Source: Candidatus Magasanikiibacteriota bacterium
GTDB lineage: Bacteria; Patescibacteriota; Patescibacteriia; Magasanikbacterales; UBA922
Length of the DNA: 64,000 nucleotides
Reading direction: 5' to 3'
Assembly (NCBI GenBank): GCA_002716765.1
Contig: PBBY01000012.1
Coordinates: 18,321 to 82,320 of the forward strand
The position numbers and the translations under genes were made by a program. This document shows, piece by piece, positions 11,635-20,698 of the stretch (within the stretch, counting starts at the first letter, position 1; each line of letters starts with the position of its first letter). A model generated the notes under the pieces. It saw only the letters and a list, made by a program, of their open reading frames with translations. It did no database searches and was not told where the DNA came from.

Positions 11635-13077
11635 TTATCCAAATGTCATGTCGCTGGTAAACCCGGCGTCATCTTTTTTTTCTTCTTTTGCTGGAGCTGA
11701 TGGAATATGAATTTCTTCACCATCTTCTGTTGGTAATACTATATCTGCCATTTCTGGCACTGCTTCAATATGTTCTAATGGCAAACCAACAGGAGGTTCG
11801 GATGCTTTTGCTGAAACTTTTTGCACCATTGGTGTTTTTACGTGAGACATAGGAAAATGCCAAATAGTAGCAAGTTCTTCTACATTCAAAATAAACGGAT
11901 CCGACTTTCCTTTAAGTTTTTTTTCTTTTATTTTTCTTTTTTTATAGCAATCAAATAGTAAATTTTTTCTTTTGGCTGATCGTTTTTCTACCTTATAGTA
12001 TGAAGCACCAACACCATAAACCGGAATAATAGAATTTGCTGTTGGAATATTGAATTGATTTAATGCGCCCATTAATGCTGGTACACCACGCTCTGGCCGA
12101 AAAAATTCTTTTTTTGCCACATATGCCGCACGAATTTTTGATTTCATGCCAATTTTTGCAATTTTTTTCTCCATTCTTTCTATTAGTTTTCCTTGACCTG
12201 GGGATAATTTTGGTGCTTCGGTTTTTGTTTCGGAAGGTTCTACATTTCTTCCGGTAAGTTGGTCCCCTAATGCTTCTAAAAAGGCAAGAATAAAAGAAAA
12301 AATCTTTTCTAAAGCATTTGATTTTCCTGAACTTTTTGCATCTCCGGTAATTTCATTTATCTTCTCAATCGCCGACTCTTTCCATGAATTAGATATTGGT
12401 TCTAAATTAATTTGTAACCACATTTGTTCGCCTGGTCCAATTCTTGAAAAGCTTTCGAGCATGGCACTCATTGGATCTTTTATTACTTCTTCTGCACTTC
12501 CGTGTTCAAATTCGTCATGTGTTCGAATAGGGAAAGTCTCGTCTTCGGAAAAACCAAAATCTGTTGCCCAAATATCGTGTGTATCATTTGGATAAACAGA
12601 CGGCACATCTGTGACATAATCTTCGATTTCGGTAATTTCTGCATCCGGATACTGCGCATAAATAGCAGATTCTAATAAATCTCTGTAAAGTGATTCTGTG
12701 CGAATAATAAACTGAATATATCCTTCTATACTAATAATTTCAAAACTAAACCATCGTTGTTTATATCCACCTCTAAATTTTGCGGCAATATTTGGTTCGT
12801 CTAGTGCGCCGGCAATATGCAAAAATAATTGCTCTACTGCTTTTGGTGTTTGCAAATTCATTGGTGGCACATCTACAGCCAACACTTGCCACTTCCAGGT
12901 GCTGGTATATTTATCTGATCGATATTCTAAATATAATTCAATAGCCAAATACACTAATAACCAAAATAAGAATAGATATAACCCAACCACAAAAAGATCA
13001 CCAACAATTGTGGTAATTGGTTGAAAGAAAAATGCTTCAATGCCTGAAAAATCTATGGTAACAAACCCAAGGTTCAT
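11635..13077 (-). CDS. Conserved-looking hypothetical membrane protein: N-terminal TM hairpin plus a large soluble domain
   Basis: The 480 aa protein has N-terminal hydrophobic helices (VVGLYLFLFWLLVYLAIELYL), then an alpha/beta-looking domain (WFSFEIISIEGYIQFIIRTESLYRDLLESAIYAQYPDAEITEIEDY), and an acidic tail. I recognise no motif. Confidence 0.6.
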   Translation of the reverse strand: MNLGFVTIDFSGIEAFFFQPITTIVGDLFVVGLYLFLFWLLVYLAIELYLEYRSDKYTSTWKWQVLAVDVPPMNLQTPKAVEQLFLHIAGALDEPNIAAKFRGGYKQRWFSFEIISIEGYIQFIIRTESLYRDLLESAIYAQYPDAEITEIEDYVTDVPSVYPNDTHDIWATDFGFSEDETFPIRTHDEFEHGSAEEVIKDPMSAMLESFSRIGPGEQMWLQINLEPISNSWKESAIEKINEITGDAKSSGKSNALEKIFSFILAFLEALGDQLTGRNVEPSETKTEAPKLSPGQGKLIERMEKKIAKIGMKSKIRAAYVAKKEFFRPERGVPALMGALNQFNIPTANSIIPVYGVGASYYKVEKRSAKRKNLLFDCYKKRKIKEKKLKGKSDPFILNVEELATIWHFPMSHVKTPMVQKVSAKASEPPVGLPLEHIEAVPEMADIVLPTEDGEEIHIPSAPAKEEKKDDAGFTSDMTFG

Positions 13078-13094
13078 AGTAGTGTAAACAAATA

Positions 13095-13256
13095 TTATGC
13101 TTCTACGAGTTTATATATAATAATATAAACCACTACAACACTAATTACGGCCCACCACCACCCTCTTGTGCCAGCCATATATCCGGCCACATATAATATA
13201 ATCCCCGCCAAAAAACACAAGGATGCTATAACATGTCTTACGGTATTATCGGTCAT
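13095..13256 (-). CDS. Small hydrophobic protein (53 aa, two predicted TM helices), hypothetical
   Basis: Below the ORF-track cutoff. My translation is MTDNTVRHVIASLCFLAGIILYVAGYMAGTRGWWWAVISVVVVYIIIYKLVEA. It lies between an extended -10 element and the 480-aa gene, with a 17-nt gap. Confidence 0.4.
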   Translation of the reverse strand: MTDNTVRHVIASLCFLAGIILYVAGYMAGTRGWWWAVISVVVVYIIIYKLVEA

Positions 13257-13281
13257 AATACAAAATTTAATAAACAGATAT

Positions 13282-13290
13282 AGTATAGCA
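13282..13290 (-). promoter_or_regulatory. Putative extended -10 promoter for the sORF / 480-aa operon
   Basis: The minus strand reads TGCTATACT (TGnTATACT) about 26 nt upstream of the sORF ATG, immediately after the secF terminator. Confidence 0.4.
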
Positions 13291-13316
13291 AATAAACTAC
13301 AATCAATAAAGCAAAC

Positions 13317-13352
13317 ACAAAAAAGACATGAATGAGTACATGTCTTTTTTTT
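13317..13352 (-). terminator. Intrinsic terminator downstream of secF
   Basis: Sequence aaaaaAGACATGaatgagtaCATGTCTttttttt: a perfect 7-bp stem flanked by an A-run and a T-run. Confidence 0.7.
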
Positions 13353-13369
13353 ACTATGCTATCTACTAT

Positions 13370-14275
13370 TTATTTTCTATTACGAAGCTGTTCCCAAGAA
13401 ACAAGAAGCGGGCTTGCGAGGAATAGCGAGGAATACGTTCCAAGAATAATACCAATAATAAGTGCAAGGGAAAAAAATCTCACACTTTCTCCACCGAAAA
13501 CACACAAACCAAGTAATACAAGCAGTGTTGTTACCGAGGTATTTATAGAACGTGGAATGGTTTCATTTACTCCGGCGTTTACTGTTTCGGCAAAGCGATC
13601 ACTACCTTTTTTAATTAGTTTTTCACGAACACGGTCAAAAACCACAATAGTATCATTTACGGAATACCCCAAAATAGTAAGCATTGCAACAACAAAAGGA
13701 ATGCCTATTTCTACTCCCATGTATTTTCCTAAAAGCGCAAAAACACCCATGGTTATAATAACATCATGAAGCAAAGCAATAATAGCAGTTACACCAAATT
13801 TCCAAGAAGAAACTGGTCGAGATACTTTTCTAAATGCATATGCAACAAATAGTATAATCGCCAGAATTACACCAATTCCTGCTTTAATTGATCGTGAACG
13901 TAAATCACTACTAATTGACGGACCAATTGTTTCTACACTATCTTCAAATACTTCAGATTCCTCTGTTTGAAACGCATCTCGAACCGAAGTAAGCAACGAT
14001 TGATGATCGTCTTCACCAATAAACTGCAGTTTAAGAATATATGAATCTTCGTCAGCTGGTTGCACCAACACAGAGCCAAGAGCCAAAGAGTCTACTATTT
14101 CTTGCATTTCCTGCAACACCGGACGTTCTCCGGTAAACCGTAATTGAATGAGTGTTCCTCCGGTAAAATCTATACCAAGCTTTAATCCAAAAATGCTTAA
14201 CAAAATGATACTAGTGATAAATAGTACACCAGAAACAATAAATGGAATTTTTCTTTTTTGTATTATAGGAATCAT
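13370..14275 (-). CDS. secF: Protein translocase subunit SecF
   Basis: Six-TM SecF pattern: GIDFTGGT...YSVNDTIVVFDRVRE...INTSVTTLL. It starts 1 nt after the secD stop. Confidence 0.92.
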   Translation of the reverse strand: MIPIIQKRKIPFIVSGVLFITSIILLSIFGLKLGIDFTGGTLIQLRFTGERPVLQEMQEIVDSLALGSVLVQPADEDSYILKLQFIGEDDHQSLLTSVRDAFQTEESEVFEDSVETIGPSISSDLRSRSIKAGIGVILAIILFVAYAFRKVSRPVSSWKFGVTAIIALLHDVIITMGVFALLGKYMGVEIGIPFVVAMLTILGYSVNDTIVVFDRVREKLIKKGSDRFAETVNAGVNETIPRSINTSVTTLLVLLGLCVFGGESVRFFSLALIIGIILGTYSSLFLASPLLVSWEQLRNRK

Positions 14276-14276
14276 A

Positions 14277-16316
14277 TTATTCTTTATTACTATAGCCTAA
14301 AAATAACCAACTACCGTATCGTGAAAACCATGGAACCACAAATCGCAAAAAGGCGCGTGTTATGGTAATGGCTGAAAACATACTTAACAACACACCAATA
14401 GAAAGTGTTGCCGCAAACCCTTGGACAAAACTAGAACCAAACCCAACAAGCAAGACACAAGTAATAAGCGTCGATATGTTTCCATCTCGAATAGATGTCC
14501 ATGCACGTAAAAATCCTTCTTCTACTGCTGCTTTTAGGCTTTTTCCTGCTTTTAATTCTTCTTTTACTCTTTCAAAAATAAGAATATTTGCATCAACTGC
14601 CATTCCGATAGATAAAATAAACCCAGCAATTCCCGCAAGTGTAAGCGTGACACCAATTCCCTTAAATACCGCCAAAACAAGAGATATGTATAAAGTGAGT
14701 GACAATGTCGCCAAAACACCAGGAAGTCGGTAATAGAAAATCATGAAAAGCATAACGAGTATAATCGCAATAAATCCAGCTCGAAGACTTTTTTGAAGAG
14801 ATTCGGCACCAAGACTCGCACCAATTGCTTGTTGTGAAATAAGTTCAATTGGCACAGGCAATGCTCCGGTATTTAGTCGTTGTGCCAAAAGCCGCGCTTC
14901 TTGCATAGAAAAGCTTCCGGTTATTACCGCCTCTCCACCACTGATAACTGACTGAACCGTTGGAATACTAATTGGCGCACCATCAAGAAAAATAGCCACC
15001 GGTTTATTTAAATTTCTTTCTGTAATTTCTTTAAATAATTGCGTTCCCTCTTTATCAAAATTAAGTGTTACCTGCACACTACCAGTTTGTTGATCTATGG
15101 CGACGGCTGCCCGGTCAAGTTGTTTTCCGGATAGTTTGGTTGGTTTCCAATTATTTGATGGTGGCAAAATATCTTTTTGTGTTAACTTTCTTTTCATTAT
15201 ATGAGACAACTCATATGCTAATGGTAACTCTTCTGCTGTTTTATAAATAACATGGTATCCAAAATCTGTTTCAACTGGACCAACTATTTGACCAACTTCG
15301 GCATCAAAAACAGCAGCTTCGAACGCAGGAACCATCGCACCTTTGGCAAACGTCCCAAGGTCACCACCAGTATCTTTATTACTTGCATCAGTTGAGTACT
15401 CTTTTGCTAATGCATCAAAATTTTCACCATTTACTTGCGAAAATATATCTTGTGCTTTTTGCAATGCTTGCTCTTTTGTAACATCTTCACTTGCACATGC
15501 TTTTGCACCAAAATAGCATACTAAAATATGTTTTGCCGAAACCTTTGGTTCTCCATCTTTTTGCGCACCTCTTTGTAAAATATGATAACCAAACTCAGTT
15601 TCAATTGGTTTTTCCGAGATATCTCCTTCTTTATGAGAGGAAGCCCAAATATATAATGGATCCAATCCTGGGATACCACTCTCTAAAAACCCAATATTTC
15701 CTGCATTATTTTTACTTCCTTCATCATCTGAATGTTCGGTTACTAAATCAGCAAATACTGCTCCTCCGGCAAGTTTTTGTTGTATGTCTTGAGACTCTTT
15801 TGCCGCATTTTCATTTGTTTCTGTAATTTGCTGCTTTTCTTCTTCTGTTAATTCTCGCGGTGGTTCGTTGTTTTGTTCTTGAAAGTCCAAAATTGGCGTT
15901 TCTCCTATCATTTTAATCGCCTCATTCACATCTTCAATTCCTGGTAAATCTACAATCAGTCGAAATTCATCACCAACGCGCGCAGTTTGCACGTTTGGTT
16001 CAGAAACTCCCGTACCATTTACTCGTCTTTCTACCGCGTCTCGCACTCCTTCTACTGCTTGCGGTTGGTCGCCTGGTTCTATTCCGGCAACATTTGCTTT
16101 ATATACCAAATGCGCACCACCTTGCAAGTCCAACCCTAATCGAAATGGAGATTCTGGTAGTGTTGGTAATCCAACATGCGTTACTGCATTAATTGTAGTA
16201 ATTGCGCGATTTGCATATTGTGGGACCACAAAAGAAAGTGCACCAATGAGTAAAATAAAAATACCAACTATCCCCCACCGCATCTTTGACCGAATGTGTT
16301 CTTTTTGATTTTTCAT
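14277..16316 (-). CDS. secD: Protein translocase subunit SecD with inserted tandem parvulin-type PPIase domains
   Basis: The SecD core is present (LGLDLQGGAHL...; C-terminal TM bundle GMAVDANILIFERVKEE). An insertion of roughly 220 aa at about aa 150-375 contains parvulin signatures: KHILV..., GGDLGTFAKGAMVPAFEAAVF, and FGYH twice. Confidence 0.9.
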   Translation of the reverse strand: MKNQKEHIRSKMRWGIVGIFILLIGALSFVVPQYANRAITTINAVTHVGLPTLPESPFRLGLDLQGGAHLVYKANVAGIEPGDQPQAVEGVRDAVERRVNGTGVSEPNVQTARVGDEFRLIVDLPGIEDVNEAIKMIGETPILDFQEQNNEPPRELTEEEKQQITETNENAAKESQDIQQKLAGGAVFADLVTEHSDDEGSKNNAGNIGFLESGIPGLDPLYIWASSHKEGDISEKPIETEFGYHILQRGAQKDGEPKVSAKHILVCYFGAKACASEDVTKEQALQKAQDIFSQVNGENFDALAKEYSTDASNKDTGGDLGTFAKGAMVPAFEAAVFDAEVGQIVGPVETDFGYHVIYKTAEELPLAYELSHIMKRKLTQKDILPPSNNWKPTKLSGKQLDRAAVAIDQQTGSVQVTLNFDKEGTQLFKEITERNLNKPVAIFLDGAPISIPTVQSVISGGEAVITGSFSMQEARLLAQRLNTGALPVPIELISQQAIGASLGAESLQKSLRAGFIAIILVMLFMIFYYRLPGVLATLSLTLYISLVLAVFKGIGVTLTLAGIAGFILSIGMAVDANILIFERVKEELKAGKSLKAAVEEGFLRAWTSIRDGNISTLITCVLLVGFGSSFVQGFAATLSIGVLLSMFSAITITRAFLRFVVPWFSRYGSWLFLGYSNKE

Positions 16317-16351
16317 AAATAATTACATAATTACAAACATAGTTGTACCAT

Positions 16352-16380
16352 AGCATACTGCAAATACTTGCCAAGGTCAA
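16352..16380 (-). promoter_or_regulatory. Sigma70-type promoter for secDF
   Basis: The minus strand reads TTGACC (16380-16375), a 17-nt spacer, then TATGCT (16357-16352). This lies in the secA-secD intergenic region. Confidence 0.5.
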
Positions 16381-16400
16381 GCAAATATATTTCGTAGATA

Positions 16401-19187
16401 TTACCGTCTCATTTTCCTTCGCTCTTTTTTACTCATTTTTTTCTTTTTTCCCACACCTGGACCCGTGTGTGTATTACGCAAATCTACGTCTGATGTTTTT
16501 TGTGCACCTTTTAACACCATTTTATCTTCTGCCATTATAGTTGGCGCAACTTGTAGACCAATACCAACTTTATACAACGAATATACGACTTCTTTTTGCA
16601 TGCTTTCTTGTAACCGATTAAAAATACCAAATGACTCTCTTTTGTATTCTATTAACGGATCACGTTGCCCATATCCGCGCAAGCCAATACCAGTTCGCAA
16701 ATAGTCCATTTCTACCAAATGATCTACCCACAATCCATCGGTTGATCGCAAATGAAGATGGCGTAAAAATTCATTAATTACTTTTGTATGTTCTGGTGAG
16801 TTTTTTTCTATATTGGTTGAGGTGGCTAGTTTTTCTTCAATATTATCATACTCTTCTTTTGCTTTTGCGAATAAAAAAGTAATAACCGCTTCCCGCGCTT
16901 GCACATCGTCAAACTTTTCCTTTCCAGCATTTCCCATGTTAAGTAATTGTGTTTTTTCTGCATCGGTAAACGGGAAAATAGTTTTGACTGTTTCATAAAT
17001 TTCTTGCATATTCCAATCTTCGTCTTTTTGGTCTTTTTCTTCTTTTTGGGCATTGGTGTGAAAAGAAACAATAAACTCAATTTCTTGCTCCACTAAAGAC
17101 AGTGTGAGTTTTGGTAGCGTGGTAACATCTTTTTGTTCTTCCACATTATTTTGCTCCCCTTCTTTTGTGTGCGCCAAATCAAGAACTTGTCTTCGTTTTG
17201 CATAAATAATATGTCGTTGTTTGTTTAAAATATTATCATATTCTAATACATGCTTTCGTGTATCATAATGATGTGACTCAACTTTTTTTTGCGCATTTTC
17301 TAACATTTTCGATATCATTCTTTGTTCAATTGGCACATCTTCTGGTAAATTGAGCTTATTCATAACACCTTGCAACCTGTCACCACCAAATACGCGCATT
17401 AAGTCATCCTGAGTCGAAACAAAAAAGTGTGTTTCTCCCGGATCTCCTTGACGGGCACTTCTTCCACGTAACTGATTATCTATTCTTCTGGACTCATGTC
17501 TTTCGGTTCCAAGCACAAAAAGCCCACCTGCATCAACCACGCTTTGCTCTACCTCTTTTGTTGCATCCGGCCCACCAAGCTTAATATCTACACCACGACC
17601 AGCCATATTTGTTGCAAGTGTAACGGCGCCAGTTTTTCCTGCATTAGCAACAATTTCTCCTTCGCGTTCATGGTTTTTAGCGTTTAAAATTTCGTGAGCA
17701 ATATTATGAGTCGTAAGATAACTACTAAGCTCCTCATTTTTTTCTACGGAAATAGTTCCAACCAAAATTGGCTGTCCTTTTGCACGACATTTGATGATTT
17801 GTTCCACAATAGCCTTAAATTTTCCTGCATCATTTTTGTAAATTCTGTCTGGTCTATCTATTCTTTTATCTGGTTTATTTGTTGGAATAACTAATACATC
17901 AAGCGCATAAATACTTCGAAATTCCTCTTCTTCTGTTGCTGCAGTTCCTGTCATTCCAGAAAGTTTCGTGTACATTCGGAAAAGATTTTGAAAAGTAATA
18001 GTTGCAAGAGTTCTACTTTCTTGTTGAATTGGGACACTTTCTTTAGCTTCAATTGCTTGGTGTAGTCCTTCTGAATACCTTCTACCAGGCATTTTTCTTC
18101 CGGTAAATTCATCGATAATTACCACTTCATCCCCTTCTACCACATAATCTTTGTCGCGCGTAAATAATGTTTCGGCTTTTAATGATTGTTCCACATGATG
18201 AACAATTCTCATACCACCTTCAGCATAAATATTTTCTATTCCCAACGCTTTTTCAAATACGGTAATTCCCTCTTCGGATAATGTTGCACTACGTAGTTTT
18301 TCGTCGACATTATAATGCTCATTTTCTTTTAACCCTTTTACGAGTTTTGCAAACGTATAATATTGTTCTGTTGCAGCTTCAGCAGGTGCCGAAATAATCA
18401 GCGGTGTTCGTGCCTCGTCTATTAAAATAGAGTCAATTTCATCTATTACAGCATAATGCATTTCTGCCCCTGGTCGCATTACCATTTCTTCTATGGTTTG
18501 CACCATATTATCTCGAAGATAATCAAAACCATATTCATTGTTAGTACCATACGTAATATCTGCTCTATACGCATCTTGTCGTGAACACGGTTTAAGATAC
18601 TCATCCTCTACTGCAAAACCACCTTCTTTATCTCGTTTTTTGTCTAACTCCCCTCCTTGTTCGGCTCCTTTAGTGTTTTCATCATATAAAAAAGAAATCC
18701 GTTGCCCCTGAATTATTCCAACAGACATGCCCAAAAAACCATAGACTTGTCCCATCCAAACCGCATCACGTTTTGCTAAATAATCATTTACTGTAATCAC
18801 ATGAACACCTTTTTCTTCGAGTGCATTTAAATATGTTGGGAGTGTTGCTACAAATGTTTTTCCCTCTCCAGTTCTCATTTCGGCCACCATCCCTTTATGC
18901 AAGGCAATACCACCAATAAGCTGTACGTCATAATGTCGCATACCTAGCACACGTTTTCCTGCTTCCCTGACCACAGCAAATGCTTCTGGTAAAATATCAT
19001 CAAGCGTTTCCCCAGCAGCAAGCCGTGCTTTAAATTCTGGCGTTTTTTGTTGTAATGCCTCATCTGACAGTGCGCTAAATGTTTTTTCTAAATCATTAAT
19101 AGTAGTCACAACTGGTTGAAGCTTTTTCATCGTTTGGTCATTTGCGCTACCAAACACCGTTTCATACATTTTTTTAACTGAAATCAT
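16401..19187 (-). CDS. secA: Preprotein translocase ATPase SecA
   Basis: Has DEAD-like motor motifs (MRTGEGKTFVATLP, DEIDSILIDEARTPLII, TNMAGRGVDIKLGG). The C-terminus is a basic tail (KKKKMSKKERRKMRR) rather than a Cys-rich Zn site. Confidence 0.95.
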   Translation of the reverse strand: MISVKKMYETVFGSANDQTMKKLQPVVTTINDLEKTFSALSDEALQQKTPEFKARLAAGETLDDILPEAFAVVREAGKRVLGMRHYDVQLIGGIALHKGMVAEMRTGEGKTFVATLPTYLNALEEKGVHVITVNDYLAKRDAVWMGQVYGFLGMSVGIIQGQRISFLYDENTKGAEQGGELDKKRDKEGGFAVEDEYLKPCSRQDAYRADITYGTNNEYGFDYLRDNMVQTIEEMVMRPGAEMHYAVIDEIDSILIDEARTPLIISAPAEAATEQYYTFAKLVKGLKENEHYNVDEKLRSATLSEEGITVFEKALGIENIYAEGGMRIVHHVEQSLKAETLFTRDKDYVVEGDEVVIIDEFTGRKMPGRRYSEGLHQAIEAKESVPIQQESRTLATITFQNLFRMYTKLSGMTGTAATEEEEFRSIYALDVLVIPTNKPDKRIDRPDRIYKNDAGKFKAIVEQIIKCRAKGQPILVGTISVEKNEELSSYLTTHNIAHEILNAKNHEREGEIVANAGKTGAVTLATNMAGRGVDIKLGGPDATKEVEQSVVDAGGLFVLGTERHESRRIDNQLRGRSARQGDPGETHFFVSTQDDLMRVFGGDRLQGVMNKLNLPEDVPIEQRMISKMLENAQKKVESHHYDTRKHVLEYDNILNKQRHIIYAKRRQVLDLAHTKEGEQNNVEEQKDVTTLPKLTLSLVEQEIEFIVSFHTNAQKEEKDQKDEDWNMQEIYETVKTIFPFTDAEKTQLLNMGNAGKEKFDDVQAREAVITFLFAKAKEEYDNIEEKLATSTNIEKNSPEHTKVINEFLRHLHLRSTDGLWVDHLVEMDYLRTGIGLRGYGQRDPLIEYKRESFGIFNRLQESMQKEVVYSLYKVGIGLQVAPTIMAEDKMVLKGAQKTSDVDLRNTHTGPGVGKKKKMSKKERRKMRR

Positions 19188-19270
19188 AAAAAATAGAGTT
19201 AGATAATGTGAACATATTCTAGCATATTTTTGTATCTTTGTCCATTACACGTCAATTTTAATTATATATA

Positions 19271-19300
19271 AAAAAAACGAGAGAAATGCTCGCGTTTTTT
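19271..19300 (-). terminator. Intrinsic terminator downstream of hpf
   Basis: Sequence aaaaaaaACGAGAGaaatgCTCGCGTttttt: a 7-bp stem with one mismatch. On the minus strand it is followed by a U-run. Confidence 0.55.
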
Positions 19301-19312
19301 GCTAATTATATA

Positions 19313-19666
19313 TTATTCTACCTCGGGTTTATACACTTTTTGATCTCGGATTGTTCTACGATCTTGTCTACGCATTTTTTCTTTTATTTTTTGCAATTCT
19401 ACTTTTAAATGGTCTTTTACCTTGTCAATTGCTTTGTATAAATCCTCGGTGTCTTTTGCAACACGAACTATTTTTCCTGGAATATACACATTTACTTCGG
19501 CGTAATACTTCTTTCCTTTATTGTGATGGTGATCTCTTACACCAATATCGGCATCGATTTTTTGAATATTATCAAAAAATTTTGTTAACGTTAATAACTT
19601 TGTTTCTGTATATTGTTTAAGTGCTCCACTTGATTCAATATTACTACACTGAATATTTATAGTCAT
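19313..19666 (-). CDS. hpf: Ribosome hibernation promoting factor (HPF/RaiA, short form)
   Basis: 117 aa with ALKQYTETKLLTLTKFFDNI...AEVNVYIPGKIVRVAKDTEDLYKAIDKVKDHL, the sigma54-modulation/S30EA fold pattern. Confidence 0.85.
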   Translation of the reverse strand: MTINIQCSNIESSGALKQYTETKLLTLTKFFDNIQKIDADIGVRDHHHNKGKKYYAEVNVYIPGKIVRVAKDTEDLYKAIDKVKDHLKVELQKIKEKMRRQDRRTIRDQKVYKPEVE

Positions 19667-19684
19667 ATATAGAAAAGTTACGAA

Positions 19685-20644
19685 TTAGACAATCTGTATT
19701 TCTTCTTCAAGATCAAGCCCATAGGTATTATACACGTTTTCTTTAATAAGATCAATCAATACATGAATATCTTTTGCACTTGCACCACCTAAATTAATAA
19801 TAAAGTTTCCATGAACAGTAGAAATTTGTGCTTTACCTGACTTTCTTCCTTTTAACCCAAGAAGTTCAACAACACGACCAACTGGAATTTTATTATATTT
19901 TGTCAGAATTTCTTTAATTTTTTCATCACTAAATTTTGCCAGAAATGCAGCCTTGTCTTTTTCTTCAACAACAATATTTTTAAATACACACCCTGCCGAA
20001 CCAAACCCTTCTGGTTGCGTTCTTTTTCTGTAAGCAATATTTTCCATTGCTTCTTGTGCTATTTCTTGCGTATCTCCTTTTTTTAACTCAAGCCAAATAC
20101 GCAAAATAACATCCGTATTATATTTAAAAACGGAATCTTTTGGTCCAAACATGCATTCTTCTTGTGTTAATATTACCACCTCTCCATCTCTGTACACTTC
20201 TACTTTTGACACCGCATCTTCCATTGCTATACCATTATATGCGGCATTTCCTCGCAATGCACCCGCTATGGTTCCAGGAACTCCAATTGCCCAAACAAAG
20301 CCAGCTAAACTAGCCGAGACAGTACCTTGGGAAATTTCTTTCATTTGTGCACTTGCCACTGCTTCTACTTCTGTTCCAGAAATAGTAAAATGCTTGTCTA
20401 CAATCTTAATAACCACACCATCATAACCTTCGTCTGGAAAGAGTATGTTACTTCCACCTCCCAAAATAATTCGATTTATTCCTTCGCCGTCAATTAACCG
20501 AAGTACATCCGGAAGATGTGAAATATCTTTTATGGTAATAAAATACTTGGCTGGTCCGCCAATTTTATAGGTAATATGCTTTGCTAACGACTCTTGCGTC
20601 CGCACTTTTCCATATGCTTTGAGTTGTTTGTAGAATGAATCCAT
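19685..20644 (-). CDS. murB: UDP-N-acetylenolpyruvoylglucosamine reductase MurB
   Basis: FAD-binding MurB pattern: HITYKIGGPAKYF...ILGGGSNILF...GSAGCVFKN. I place the start at the ATG at 20644 (MDSFYKQL). The ORF-track TTG start at 20665 is less likely. Confidence 0.88.
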   Translation of the reverse strand: MDSFYKQLKAYGKVRTQESLAKHITYKIGGPAKYFITIKDISHLPDVLRLIDGEGINRIILGGGSNILFPDEGYDGVVIKIVDKHFTISGTEVEAVASAQMKEISQGTVSASLAGFVWAIGVPGTIAGALRGNAAYNGIAMEDAVSKVEVYRDGEVVILTQEECMFGPKDSVFKYNTDVILRIWLELKKGDTQEIAQEAMENIAYRKRTQPEGFGSAGCVFKNIVVEEKDKAAFLAKFSDEKIKEILTKYNKIPVGRVVELLGLKGRKSGKAQISTVHGNFIINLGGASAKDIHVLIDLIKENVYNTYGLDLEEEIQIV

Positions 20645-20659
20645 ATAATCTAAAAAGGG

Positions 20660-20688
20660 TTGCAAAAGAAGGTTTTTTTTACTATACT
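20660..20688 (+). promoter_or_regulatory. Near-consensus sigma70 promoter of the ATP-grasp / mraY / mpl operon
   Basis: TTGCAA (20660-20665), a 17-nt spacer, then TATACT (20683-20688). The ATG at 20699 is only about 4 nt past the expected start site, so the mRNA would be near-leaderless. Confidence 0.6.
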
Positions 20689-20698
20689 AAGCCTAAAT

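Noticed and set aside
16826-17080. 84-aa Lys-rich minus-strand ORF within secA coordinates.
   Set aside because: It is an alternative frame of the secA coding strand. SecA homology is continuous through this region in the main frame.
20660-20698. ORF-track start (TTG at 20660) for the ATP-grasp gene, which would overlap the murB start.
   Set aside because: The TTGCAA at 20660-20665 is better explained as the -35 box of a TTGCAA-17-TATACT promoter. The first ATG at 20699 follows it.
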